From: Chrysomallon squamiferum
Lineage: Eukaryota; Animalia; Mollusca
NCBI GenBank assembly: GCA_012295275.1
Contig: CM022665.1
Coordinates: 3,720,001-3,784,000 of the forward strand
Direction of reading: 5' to 3'
Length of the DNA stretch: 64,000 nt
Under the pieces are notes generated by a model, which was not told where the DNA came from, made no database searches, and saw only the letters and a list, made by a program, of their open reading frames with translations. Made by a program: the position numbers and the translations under genes. Below, piece by piece: positions 23,666-37,649 of the stretch (positions within the stretch are counted from its first letter, which is position 1; each line of letters starts with the position of its first letter).

Positions 23666-26626
23666 TCTGAAAAGAGAAAAAATGTATTATTATTATTATT
23701 ATTATTTTATAACTTAATATTCTTTATTTTGACCTTTCATAATGTATTTTATTTTCAAATTAAAAATTAGCTTCTGTTTTATATATTTATTTATTTATTT
23801 TGGAGTTGTTTTCTATTTACTTTATTTTTATTTTTTATTTTTTTATTTTACATTTTATTTTTCTTTACTTTTAATTAATTAATTAATTCATTCAATATCT
23901 GTAAATAAAAATTTAAATTGTTACATTTTTGCATTTCTTTCTATTTTCGATGTTTGTTTATTTTTAAATATTTACTTCATTATTATATTTATATATACAT
24001 GCATGTACGTACGTATGTGAGTGTGTATGTGTGTGTATATGGGTTTGAGTGTATATGTATGCACATATGTCTATGTTTTTTCGTGTATGTATTTGTATAT
24101 ATGTATAACTGTATTATGATATGGTTTGTAATTTTTTGAAATATATATATACAAACTTATATATACAACCATTAATAACAACAACAACAACAATAATAAT
24201 TATCATAATCACAGTAACAGCAAGAATAAAAATATTGCTATTCGTAATAACCCCCCCCCAACACACACACATTTGTTGGGTTCTTATGACACAGTCATCT
24301 CATTCTTCTTTTTTCTTCTAGTTTCACCAGAACATATTTACACACACACAACAGACTAAGGACGTTCGGAATGCGAGCATACATACATCACATACACGAT
24401 ACGAGCTCTCAACCATCTAGGCAATTGGCTGACGATATACCAACACACACGTACAGCAATTTAACTAAACAACATCTTAAGGATGTACAAGCTACCGAAC
24501 AAACGAGATTATTTGTATTTTATCAAGCAGACATCCAGATGCAAATAGTGCTTTGAGAAGTTCAATGTCAGGGATGAAGTAAACGTACAGAAAAACTCGC
24601 AGTTACCCTCCTCCCTCGGTGTATTGAGTCAAGCAGGGCAAGATGAAATTACTTTTGTCTATGTTCGGAAGTAAATACATTTAATCAAGACCTTGGTAAT
24701 TGACACAATATTGGCAAGGACAAAGGCGATGGAAATGGAAATACAGCGACTGACGCAACAAACGTATTCGTGTTTGAAAAAAGAAACAGTCCTTCAAAAG
24801 GAAGGATACGTAATTATACAATTATAAACATGTATTCATGCACACATATGCACATGTATACACATTTGCTCACACGCACGTACATACACAGACAGACAGA
24901 CAGACAAACCGACAAACACACATACATACACTGGGAATATTATCTGGGATATATTAATATATCATTATATGCAAATGTCTGCATATCAGAATGTATTTAT
25001 ACGCGCGTATTTTGTGCATATGTGCGCGTGCATGCACACGCAGTAAAAAAGATGACGTTTTCTGTGGACACAATTTGAAACATTATTTGCAATTTTCCTC
25101 TAGGGATGGGAGAAAGATTTTCAGTGGCTGATTACTAATTATCATTATCATCATCATCATTGTAATAACAACAATTATTATTATTATTTCAAAAGTTATA
25201 ATTAAGAATTATCGATCCGACGTAACTCCTTATAACTTTCGTTAGTTATCTTTCCTTAACTATTGACAATTTTATTCAAATCGTTTTTTATTTGTTTGCT
25301 TTAGGATTTTTTTTTTTTTCCCCTTTTCTTTTTTCTTTATTGTTTTTTTTTTTTTTTTTTTTTCTCCAGCTTCGATCCGTGTCACCATCTCTGCTTAGTT
25401 TTAAATGTCACAATCACTGGTCTGCATATCCTTCATCAATTTTTTTTTTTTTTTTTTTTAAATCACCGTTTCTATCGAGACAGGGGAGAAAAAAAAAAAA
25501 AAAAAAAAAAATTGATCGAACAAAGGGTTAATTAATTTTTACTGCCATATGATTCATCACGGAAAGAAAAACGAGACACGGTCCCACGAAAGCGCTTAAT
25601 GCGAGGAGACTATTATAATAATTATTAAATGTGTTTGGGCAATCGAAACTCTTGGAATTCGCGAAACATTTTTCAGACTACATTAAGTTTTCAGTTATTA
25701 ACAATACCCGATCGCAGTTCCATTGTTTGACGTATTAAAATCAAACTTAAATGTTTCTGGCTGATTTTCCCCCTGATTATTGTTGTTATTTGCTCGATTA
25801 AACTAGGCATTTTATGTTTTCACGATCGTTATGCTTTCAAAATGAATAATAAAAAATAAAAAAAATATTAAAATTAAAATTAAAAAACGGGAGTCAGATT
25901 TGATATTACAGATAATAAGGTTGTCCCGCATCATTGTCATAAGATCAATTTTCTTCGTTTTAAAGATTATTATTATTATTATTATCATTATTATTTTCGA
26001 TGTCACTGTTATTGCTGTTGTTATTATTTTGTTGATATTGCTGTTATTGTTCTTTTGTTTAATTATTACTCTTGTTCTTGAGAAATGCTCCTTTTTCTTC
26101 TTTGTCTAAATGTTCTGATTAATACAATACAACACAATAATAATATAATATAGTATAATGTAATGTAATACAAAGTAATGTAACATAAAATATATAAAAT
26201 ATAATACATTGTTATTTGATATTATTATTACTATTACAGTTACTATTGTCATTACAAATACAGTAGAATCATATTTAAAAGAAACCTTGTCGTTTTGCGT
26301 AAAATAACGATATTCGATAATGATTAACCTTAGACATTAAAGAGCTAACAAAGGGAGATAAAAAGAACACATTCGGGTAATTATTTTAAGCACTCTAATT
26401 TAGCTCTAATGATCTGCTTCAGTCCACATAATTTATCAGGTTTCTGGCATCTGAAACAGAGACAATTATTTCTGACATTTTCTCAAATGTCCAACGTCGA
26501 GAAGTCCGATTTAATATGCATGACCTTAATCTGTCACGAAAAACATGACAGGAAATGTCCTATATTTACACCACTTAACTCGTATACTATATATATTTTC
26601 TGTCGTTGTCGAACCAGCTTCTCTTT

Positions 26627-26745
26627 GTAGGCCAGTGGTTAGAGCGATGACCGAAAGCGTGTATTGGGCGCTAAGATTAATGCCTTTCAGGGATATTTCC
26701 CCACAGTATACTTGGGACTGGTTTATCAAATCCGAGGGATGTTAT
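26627..26745 (+). mobile_element. Decayed tRNA-derived SINE fragment
   Basis: Pol III A-box-like gtaggccagtggttagagcg followed by a degenerate body. No cloverleaf. Confidence 0.45.
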
Positions 26746-26966
26746 TTAATGGTTTAATGGTATATACAAATATGACTTGCTGCTGATTGCTGCAGAGGTT
26801 CAGGTTGTGATTTGACAGTTTTTAGTTCGAATTTTCAAAATATATGTATAATTACTGAACGGCTAAATGTCATATCGGTAAAAGTGATTAATTTATTTTG
26901 CAGTATTAATATGTGAATTAAGCAATTTTATTGAAAAATTTCATCTTTCTGATGTAATAATCCTTC

Positions 26967-27006
<40 letters not shown>

Positions 27007-27567
27007 GAGAAAGTATACTGAGGAGTCTTTCATTACTTTCATTGTGTATAAACAGCGAGAGTATTAACGTTATAATTCTTTTTTTTTTTTTTTAAATGAA
27101 GTACAAACACATTATCAGTAATAATAATAATAATGACGATGATGATGATAATTTTGATTATAATGACGATGATGATGATAATTTTGATTATAATGACGAC
27201 GACAACAACAACAACAACAGTAATAACGATGATTATAACGACATCACCAACAACAATAATAATTCCAGAAGAGGAATATATATGAAAAGAATTTCTACGA
27301 AATACTACTTCTGCTTAGTTTTGTGTACTGAGTTAAAGGCAGTTCTAAAAACCTAGAAACCACATGCTAAAACGTATAGAAACGCCACAAACCACAGATG
27401 AATGACGTAATAGTACACAAGCAATAAATACTGAATTATATAATAATATCTACATTACCGCGAAATCTACTCTCAAGACTCTGTATATTAATTTAACTTA
27501 CAAATAAACTTATTAACAATAATATACTTATCTCGTATGACATCTGACAGTATTATGATTATTATCA

Positions 27568-27635
<68 letters not shown>

Positions 27636-28506
27636 AGTCGATACGATTTTTTACTGACGGGACATTTAACACTGATTCATGCTCTAAAGCAGAAGTGTTA
27701 CATTTACAGTTTCTTTCTTCTTTTTTCTTTCGTTTAGTTACAAAACATCTTCTTAACGTAACTTCATTTACAGATGCGGCAATTACCGTTAATTGTCTAT
27801 TAATGTTATTTATTTATTTATTTGTTTATTTTAATGCATCAAATTTACTGCACCATTAACTCTCATCCAAAACTTCCAAGTTAGTTTTCGAAATAACCGC
27901 TGCATTTTTCGCAAAGACAAAGAAAACAAATACGACTTTTCTTTCTTTCTTTTTTGTCTCCTCCCCCCTCATCCCATTTTCGGTACAAAACTATAAACAC
28001 CACACAGTTAATGACACCCAAAGCCTGAACGAAACGCCAGATAGCATCAGCTTGTGTAATTGGTTTTATCGCCCTCAACCCCACCAATAACGCCATCTTA
28101 ATTTATCTGACTCCCGTGCATCGCAGACCTATCGACCACCGGTTTTTATCTCGGATCCAAACAATAACAAAATAATTTACTCAGTTTGGTCGCTAATGGA
28201 ACTGGAGATGGGAGCCAGTTGCGTGAAATTGTGTCCAGTGCCGCCGATAACAGCGTCCATGGAGTTAAACCAGCCTTGCTTTATTATTTTTTGATTACGA
28301 GTACCAAGAAGAAAAATAATCACTGGAAAAATGAGACGAGGCAATTATTCACCGAGCTGAAGCGCCGTTATCACAGTTTAGATTATCTTTATGTAGACTG
28401 TTGCAGTTAGTTATATAAATAGGGAGAGATAAAAATATCTTGGCGGTTTTTCAAAAAAAAAGAAAAAATAATACGAAAAGATAAGTTACAGTGGTCTTGT
28501 TTGTTC

Positions 28507-28752
28507 TCATATCAGCCTTCTTAGATAAACGTATTACGGTAGACATGTGCATTCATATCAGCCCCCTTAGATAAACGTATTACGGTAGATATGTGCATTC
28601 ATATCAGCCCCCTTAGATAAACGTATTACGGTAGATATGTGCATTCATATCAGTCCCCTTAGATAAACGTATTACGGTAGATATGTGCATTCATATCAGC
28701 CCCCTTAGATAAACGTATTACGGTAGATATGTGCATTCATATCAGCCCCCTT
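28507..28752. repeat. 46-bp minisatellite, ~5.3 near-identical copies
   Basis: Unit tcatatcagcccccttagataaacgtattacggtagatatgtgcat starts at 28507, 28553, 28599, 28645, 28691 and 28737 (partial). Head-to-tail with no spacers. Confidence 0.97.
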
Positions 28753-29024
28753 GTAAGTGAAATATACTGCATTATCTGACTGCCCGTCTTTTTTTCTTTG
28801 TTTAATTCTCGTTTTCTTTTCATTCATTCTTTCTTTGTTATTATCAGCATGGATCTCTTTTTCTGATTAAATAACCTTGTATCTTTAATTCCAAATAAAT
28901 AAATTAATTAATTAATGAATTTACAACAACAACAATAATAATAACAATAATAATAATAATAATGAGTTTATGATAAGCTTATTCTGCTGTGAATGACCAA
29001 AACTAAAATAATACTTTTAATATT

Positions 29025-29465
29025 TCATTGTCTATGAACATTCGAAATTCGACTAATTATACTAATTATAGACACAAATATTACATTACGTTATCCAATT
29101 CTTCAACGTTACTAATCTTAATAATAAGTATAAAAATAATAAGTATAAAAAAATATAAAAAATACTACCTTATCTGTATAAACATTCGAAATTCAACTAA
29201 TTAAATTACTGAATTATATATCCCATTACATAACGTGTTACAATCCAATACTAAAACATTAGTGATCTTTACAATTTTAAATAATTCATTATCTGTATAA
29301 ACTTTCGAAATTCAACTAATTCAGTTCAAACTGAACAAGATATCCAGTTACTTAGTTCTAAAACGTTACGACTTATCTTTAACAAAACAGTTTTGAAATA
29401 TTTCACCACACGTGTAAATTTTCGAAAAGACGACTAATTAAATTACTGAACTAGATATCCCGTTG
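29025..29465. repeat. Degenerate ~120-140-bp tandem repeat, 4 copies
   Basis: Core tgtataaacattcgaaattcaactaatt (or variant) at ~29030, 29175, 29295 and 29413. Confidence 0.75.
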
Positions 29466-30539
29466 TGTAAGGTTACGTAACTCTGAAAGGGCGGACGAAA
29501 ACTCTTCAACGATCGTCTGGCGGTCGTAATAATTTTTATCGCGTACGTGCCACGCACCAGCGAACGCGGGAACCTTTGTATTGTACATAATAAGTATACA
29601 ATGGATATCCCCAGACTGTGTGTGTTTGTTCGTAATGAAATGATAACATCTTGGACATGTGGCAACGTTTTTCAAACTAATTAAGCCGGTAATTTTACAC
29701 GTCGTGCCGTACCGTTTGGAAGTCGTAGCGTAATTGGAAACAGATCGTAGTAAAAGTGATTCGTCAAAAATGCCGGAATGCGAATGAAAAACACCCAGAA
29801 GTTAGAACAGCAACGGAAAATACCAAGTCACATACGCGAGAGGAAACTACTGACACGTTTTTAAAGCTGAGATGTTAAGTTGTGAAATGGCTTAAGCGAT
29901 ACAAAACTGCTTAATAATTCGTTATATTTTTGAGTGGCGTTTCTGAAGGCAATGATTTGCGAATTTTTTTGATAAAAAAAAAAAAAAATAAAAACATTTA
30001 GTCTTAAGTTACGATGACAGTTAGTTAAAAAAGAGAGAAAATTTTAGAAAATATCCAAGACAGACTGTTAAGCTAAGACGCTATGCAAACGTGTATACGA
30101 TAACCTCTTAATAACGTAAGCTTTAGATGATAACGTGCAAGCAGTTTCATATACTAGAGTGTGTAAAGCTAACTAAGTTATCAACAAAAAAATTCAGTCG
30201 GTCGCTGTGAGTAATATTCCTTCAGTAGTTATTATAATGCAAAGATGCGAAACATAAATTATCGTACTTTTTTGTCTGTTTCATTTAGGCAATATAAAAT
30301 ATTTAACTCTTACTCGGGTGTGGGAATCGAAATAGGTACATTTGTATCACGCTTCCAACAAAGAACTGTTCAAACATGCTTGTCTTGGCCTCAGCATCTG
30401 ATTTCTCCAGAGAATTCTGTGCAAGATAGGCGTAATCATAATGAAATTAATGCAAGACAGCATGTTAAAATAATTATAATGAACTCATTGTTCATTGTTG
30501 GGCTCCTGCAAGTCTCGTCTATTTTAGTCCCCATTAAAA

Positions 30540-31270
30540 CAAAGTTGTTGTTATATAGAACGTCACATTTAAAATTAGCTTTAGAATCAGGGCTGTTACG
30601 TAGGATATGTCTCTTTTAGAACAAGGCTGTTACGCAGGATGTCTCTTTTTAGAATCAGGTTGTTATGTAGGATATGTCGCTTTTAAAATCTGGTTGTTAT
30701 ATAGGATATGTCTTTTAGAATAAGGTTGTTATATAGGATATGTCTTTTAGAATAAGCTTGTTATATAGGATATATCTCTTTTAGAATAAGGCTGTTATAT
30801 AATACATGTCTGTTAAAATAAAGTTGCTATGTATGGTATCTCTTTTAGAATAAGGCTGTTTTACAGTATATGCCTCTTTTAGATTAATGTTGTTATATAA
30901 TATACGTTGCTTTTAAAATAAAATTAGTAAAGAGGATACGTCAGTTTTAATATAATAATGTCATTATGTAGGACATGCCATATTTAAAATAAAGTATAAA
31001 ATACAAGTTGTCACAACAACCATTAAAAAAAAAAAAAAATTCATCTTAAAATAATGTTATTGTTATTGTTATAGATTCGTCATTTTCAAAAATAAGGTTA
31101 TTATTAGTCGTTATGTCACTTTGAAAATACTGTTATTGGACACGTCACTTTTAAAATAACGTTGTCGCTGTAGAATATGTCACTTTCAAAAATATGGTTT
31201 TTATAACAAAGGAAATAACAACGCCGCAGAACGCCAGAACATGTCACTTTTACACGAAGGTTGTTATCAT
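30540..31270. repeat. Degenerate ~32-34-bp minisatellite (consensus ~ttttagaataaggctgttatataggatatgtctc)
   Basis: Well-conserved units at 30580-30900 decay progressively to ~31270. Confidence 0.85.
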
Positions 31271-31780
31271 TATATAACAGGTTAGATATTACTCGAAGAC
31301 GTCGGCGACAACTGTGACGGAATAATCTGGGCACCAGAATCCACTGAGACCACTTGTTAAGCTTCTTCCTGACATCCCAAAAACGTTTTTGACAGCAAGA
31401 CCGGGTTGTACTGTAAACTAACGTTAGTCGGCGAGCAGTTTTAAACACAGCGATGTTAACAGTTTAATAGAACCGAGAGAACGAGATAATCGCTATCAAG
31501 TTTCAGAAACGGGAACGGATCTTCTGAACGATTAGCAACGGCATAAGAAGAATATATGCATATAATTAAGTGAATTAGGACTGTTGCATAAGAATTTAAT
31601 ACGTAAATAGAACATATGTTAAAATATCTCAAATATATACATAACTGTAGTAAAAAAAAATATATATATATATATATATAATAGTAGCCAAATGGTACAT
31701 GATGGAAACAGACTAGACCTTGTTGTTTTTGGCTGTTCACCATAGATTTTGTGTGTTCAAGGTGTGGAATGGAACTTCAG

Positions 31781-31812
<32 letters not shown>

Positions 31813-32103
31813 GGGCATATACGTCCGAAAAGAAAATAATGTCTGAAGGTATAATAAGTGCATTACGTACTGTACGTATTTTTTTAAAACATGTCTTCAT
31901 TGTGATATCTGAATATACAATGAAAATTATAAAGTTTATGGATATTATAACACTGATAAAAAAAGTAAATAAATAAATAAATAAAAATAAACTTTTTTGA
32001 ACATTGTAATTGTTTGAAAGTTTATTTATTTATTTATTAATTTATTAATTATTATTATTGTTATTATTATGTAGGTAAGTATGCACATGCATATTTGTAT
32101 ATA

Positions 32104-32188
<85 letters not shown>

Positions 32189-32955
32189 GTAACTAAATAC
32201 AAACTGGCTTTCAGCTATCTTTGAAAAACATGCATTTAAACTGACAAAACCATCTGTGTAATGAAAGCACATTTTAGTTGTAATACATCTGCGTGATGAT
32301 TAAACGACACGTGTTTCAACCCACCTTGCGAGCAATCCTTCATGTTACGTAAAACACAGATACTCCAATAAATCACCATCCGTTACTCCTACACACATCA
32401 CAGAACACCAGATGGTTTATTATTAAAAAAAAAGAAAGAACGCAGACGTATTCGGGAGGCGGCAAGAACACTGTGTAAAGCTCAAAGAAGCCCGCAGCCG
32501 TCTGCTCCCAAAACCATCCAGTCCACGGCTCTGATTAGGCTACTCAACACAATTCTAGGACCATAGAGTCTCCGTCTTTCTTTCTCTCTGTTTTTCCATC
32601 GCTGACATTTCACGGCGTTCTTTTGTTTGTGACGAGTGTCGATCAATGTACGATAATATTTTTTAAACGAACGGTAAAGTTCAGTTCACAGTTATTCTTC
32701 ATTCCTGTCGTGCCAACTTAAAAGTATAATATTTTTGTTTTGTGTTGTGTTTTCGCCCCTCTCTGTTTCTCGCCTTGTCTTGTTCACACACGTGTCAGTC
32801 GCTGCTTGATCCCGTTGTTAGAAAAATAAAATATATTTTAAACAAATAATAAAAAAACTTGTATCGGGTTTGCTTCTTAACTTGAGAGAGAGAGAGAGAA
32901 CGTTTTATCCGTTAGTCGAAAGCAACCACCACTACTACCACCACTACACTGATTG

Positions 32956-33095
32956 TGAGTCAGTTCTGTACAGAGGATTTCCCCCTTTGCCAGTTCGGTC
33001 CTTGGAGCAGTCCATTTCTAAAAAAAGGGGGGTTCCATATCGCTGAAGATACCGTTATCTTTTGTTACAAAATTAAATAATTAAACAGTGACTCA
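32956..33095. promoter_or_regulatory. AP-1 plus kB-like motif cluster (candidate enhancer upstream of TLR-B)
   Basis: TGAGTCA 32956-32962, ggatttcccc 32975-32984, ggggggttcc 33027-33036 and TGACTCA 33089-33095. Confidence 0.4.
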
Positions 33096-34840
33096 TGCTG
33101 TCCCAGGTTATACTGCAGTATTAACATTAATTTACGCACCGTTGACAACTCACTGTTTTATAAGATTGGTGTCTGCTTTATGTAATAAATTTTATTGCAT
33201 CTCCCCTTCCTGCTTAAATGCGTAGAGTCGAAAGAAGCTCCGCCTATTATTATTCGGCTTAGGGTCACCCTCTAACCCTGACCCCGATTTAAGTACAAAC
33301 AAAACTGACGTCTTTTTTGAGAAAGTTTATGTTCTTAATAAACAAAACGCCTCTTCATAGCAGCCAGTCAGACTGCCCGACATCTCTACAAATAGTTTTT
33401 TTTTTTTTTTAAATGTACAGGATGCTGCAGGATTTTTTGTGCTTCAGTTTCTAAGTGAGAGACAAAGAAGTTATTAGACGTAAGTGTTATAAAAAAAAAG
33501 AAAAAAAGAGAAAATTGGAAATGTACAAAAGATTCTCTAGTTAAATTTTAGATATTTTTTTCCTAGACTGTGTTTTAAAATTAATTTATTTAAACACCCC
33601 AACACCCCTCCCACCATAACCCCCCAAAAATAAAAAACAAACAAAAAACCCAGCACAAAAACAAACACAAAAAAAAACAAAAAAAAAACACAAAACAAAT
33701 ATATGTATATATATAGATATATATAATGAAATGTTTTGTAATTATATACGTTTAAGTTAGGGAAAACTTTTCTTATTAAGTAAACAAAATGTTTTTAAAT
33801 ACAAATAATAAACAAAACTAATTAATTAATTAAAAAATATATATATATATATAAAAAATTGTATTTACCAATAATTTTTTTTTAATGCTTTTATATTAAA
33901 TCAGTAAATGTAATTTAATATTAATATCTTCAATAGTAACAATAATCAATTGTTGTTCTGGTATTTGTAACTAATATTTAATTATTTCACATATTAATGA
34001 GCATGTCTGACAAATTTATCATTCAATGTATTATATAATTTTCTTTTTCTTTATGTCAAATTAATTAATTTATTAATAACAATACCTATTTAAAAATAGT
34101 AAAAGTCTGTGTCTTTATTTAAATTTAAAATAACAAAAACTGTTAACTTTTCTGTGAATTATAATATTTTATACTGTTTTGTTCATAAGTTTAAATAATT
34201 ATATATATTACAAAAAAGTTTTAATTTTTCTAAAATAACGGATGCAACGGCACAGTTAAATAAATAAATACAACTATTTTATTTAGATTACGCTACTATG
34301 ACTGCCAAACAAAAATAATATTATTACATGTCTAAATATAAACACAACTAACTTTTATAAACAATGGAGGATTATAAAAGAAGAAGAAGAAAGAAATGAC
34401 GCCAGTGCATTGCGACTGTAGTTAACGGTGATTAACGGGACCATTGTTTGTGTCACGTGATACGCTGATAAGAAAGTATTCGCATACTTAGACATGTCAT
34501 AAAATATGCACCTGCTGAGTGCACCAGACGAACCTCACAACAGTTATTCGTTTCCTTTGTTTTAAAACCAGCAAAAAATAAAAATAAAAATGACGCTTAA
34601 TTCTGACTATAAGGAAATTCTGAAACAAATCTTTAAATTTCAATATTTATATATCGTTTTAATGCACTTAGGTAGTTCCGTTGTTGAACAAAACAAAAAT
34701 GGCTGATGTTCTATATGTTAGTTTTTCCTATTCATTAAAAGTAGTTTTCTTCATCCTTTTATGTTTAAAAGGAAGAGGTTAAAAAAGGCAGAATGCAGAA
34801 GAAGAGGAAGAGAAGAAGAAGAAAGGGAAAACAGAAAAAA

Positions 34841-34916
34841 AGAAGAAGGAAAAACTGTTATAACCTGCTAAACACCGTTTTCCTTTAGCAGGTTATAACA
34901 GTTTTGTTCTTCTTCT
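34841..34916. other. Hairpin: perfect 22-bp inverted repeat with 11-nt loop, extendable to ~32 bp
   Basis: aaaactgttataacctgctaaa (34851-34872) is the exact reverse complement of tttagcaggttataacagtttt (34884-34905). The flanking agaagaag/cttcttct also pair. Confidence 0.9.
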
Positions 34917-35542
34917 AGTTCATACTAAAACAGTGATTTACTCAAGTTTGAACACTTTACTTTCAAAAAGCCAATAAAGTATTAAGCAAACAATAAATCA
35001 AACACAAATATCTAGTAGGGCCTAGCTAATACAAAGACACCACTTTCAATCTTACATTCTAAGAAACAACGAGAGATACTTAAAAATGTCATCTCATTTC
35101 AATATCTTGGATTAACAGTCCGAAGCATAACAAATCTCTCTGACTAATGTCAAGGCTATAAATATGGAAAACAGATGAAAATTATTTGGGCTTTCACACG
35201 AGCGCAAACATTCGCTTTGAACTTTGAAAGTCAGTTGAATTGAGCTTCTAAAACAAGGGCTAACTTTTGCAGTATTTCCCGCTGTGTGACATTTTTACTT
35301 GGGCAGTGACATTAAGTGTAGCTATTATCTTACTGTTTTATTTCACGTCGTGTCCTATTATGTAACTGAATATAGCTTATTTTTGTTTGTTAACTAGCGG
35401 GGATCTGAATAATTGATTCACAGTTGTTTCTTTTACTTGTCTCTTGAGTCCAGAATAGATGTGTGTTTTATGAGTCAGCCAAATGACGAGTAATATTTAA
35501 TGACACATACCCAATCATTTTATTTCTTTCCGAGGTGTGTTC

Positions 35543-35629
<87 letters not shown>

Positions 35630-36264
35630 CCTTCCCTTCCCCACCTCTCTCTGCTTCTTTCTGTCTGACTATGTCTGGCTCTATCTCTCTGTCAGTTATT
35701 GTTTTATTTATATATGTATTAATAGATATATATATATTTAAGTCAGTTAATTTGAAAATAACAACCTTGGGTATATAATATATGGCTACTCTCATATGGG
35801 TTATTTCTTGTTCCAAACCTGAATATGTTGTACAAATGAATAGCAGATTCCCTAAATACTAAGTGCATAACGCTTAATACTAAGCGATGCTTTATTGTTT
35901 TATAATAAAATTATCTAAAAGAAAAAAGTATAAATATATTATTATGTCTGACATTTAATATAAGTTACAAAAACCTATAAAGTAATGATCAAAAATGTTT
36001 TCATATAATTTTATTGCTAATTATTAATTCATTCATTCATTTTTATTTGCGAAAATGAAATAACTATTTCCAAATTGTGGTATTAGTATTATTAAAGATA
36101 ATATACTTCGATGCTACAGAAAAAATACTGTTTCAGTGACAATTTAATTTTTTTTTTTTTTTTTTTTTTTTTAAATATACAGATGTATTAGAAATGGCAA
36201 CATTAAATACAACTATAATATTGTGGGTTCAATGGTTTTGAATCATACGAAGTGTACAACTTAC

Positions 36265-36334
36265 CTGTTTTCAAAACTGCCAGCTACGAAGCATTTTATT
36301 TTCACGTAAAGATGTGAAGATTTAATTTTGAAAT
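36265..36334 (-). other. Candidate 5' (UTR) exon of TLR-B, 12.6 kb upstream
   Basis: On the minus strand, an acceptor ttttctccag| and a perfect donor CAG|gtaagt flank 70 nt. TLR-B has an unpaired acceptor at 23667 that needs such a donor. Confidence 0.45.
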
Positions 36335-36434
36335 CTGGAGAAAACTTTACATTTTACATTCAGCACAAAATAATTTAGCTGATTATTCTGTTCACTTCCT
36401 TTATATTAATATTAAAAATAAAATAACTGTCGAG

Positions 36435-36468
<34 letters not shown>

Positions 36469-37244
36469 AAATGCCGTTTCGTTTATTTTGCTGAAGATTA
36501 ACGAGCTTTAGCAATGGATAAATTTTAATCTCTTTCAATCCTTTTTGAAAGTGAAACTCGATGAACACACCAGGAACAGTTGGTATGGATTACAATGCTT
36601 AACAGTAAAATAGCTGTCTTATCTTTTTTTTGCTTAACTTAAACCGACGTAATCGCTGATCTTCGTAGAGGAGAATGCATAATTCGTTTTAAGTTAAAAA
36701 TAAAAGACAGTAAATTCAGAAACTAACGAAAATAGCGATGGACATCGTTGTAAAAACTAGCCTTTGATTTCAGCTTTTGTTTATATCCTAATATTTTAAA
36801 TTTATTTCTAAAATTAATGAATTATTTTTATTATTTTTTTAATTTATTTTTTTTTTTTTTTTTTAAAGTTACAATTTATTTTTATTAGACGTTTCTTGAT
36901 TTCAGAAAAAAACAAAGAAAAAACAACAACAACTGGTACCGTTATTAATTTGAATAAAACTATCAAGATCAGTTAATAAATTAGACGTCTAAAACTTGCT
37001 TCAGACCAGTCAAGGTTCAAGCACGTATAAGTTGGGCAAACGATCCAAGAACCTAAGCTATCTAAAATGACTGTGTTGTAAGAGCAGCACACTCTGGGTT
37101 AAAGCATCCACTGTGATGAGCGGTGAACATGAACTTCTACATTTCCAGCATCATCGACAAATTAGCTCATGATAAATCTAAAAAATATAATTTGCAAATT
37201 GTAGTTTTTGTTACTTCTGACATTTGAAATGGATACCTAAAAGA

Positions 37245-37481
37245 AAATAATACTGAAGTGTCTGACATAACATTATTTGTCATATTAACTGCCTGTACAA
37301 AAAAATAATAATAATACATAATAATTGTTTTATTATTCTAGTAAATATTTCCATTACTGAAATAATAATACTATTTACTGAAGCGTCTGACTTAATATTA
37401 TTTGTCATATTATCTATCTGCCTGTACAGAAAAGAATAATAACACAAAAAATAATTATTTTATTATTCTAGTAAATATTTC
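37245..37481. repeat. ~125-bp tandem duplication (2 diverged copies)
   Basis: actgaag.gtctgac...ttatttgtcatatta...ctgcctgtaca...ttattattctagtaaatattt at 37252 and 37377. Confidence 0.85.
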
Positions 37482-37572
37482 ATGTTTTTAATACTTTTGT
37501 ATATTTTTTAAATTTAGGAAACTTTTGTAAGGTTTACAACACTCCTGGTTACTTTGGAAAAAATCAGAATAG

Positions 37573-37649
37573 AAGCTGGTACCAGGAAGAGAACTTAGTG
37601 TATGTCAGATTAGAAGAGACTGCTTAACCACAGCGCCATTGAGGCTGGC
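37573..37649 (-). mobile_element. tRNA-derived SINE head fragment
   Basis: Minus strand reads gccagcctcaatggcgctgtggttaag (A box)...aagttctcttcc (decayed B box). Confidence 0.5.

Noticed and set aside
28507-28752. CRISPR array
   Set aside because: Units are contiguous with no unique spacers, there are no cas genes, and the context is eukaryotic. It is a minisatellite.
29025-29465. CRISPR-like repeat-spacer pattern
   Set aside because: The intervening segments are ~90-110 bp and partly homologous to each other, so this is a decayed tandem repeat.
33259-33284. Telomere-like ttaggg/taaccc motifs
   Set aside because: Single units only; not an array.
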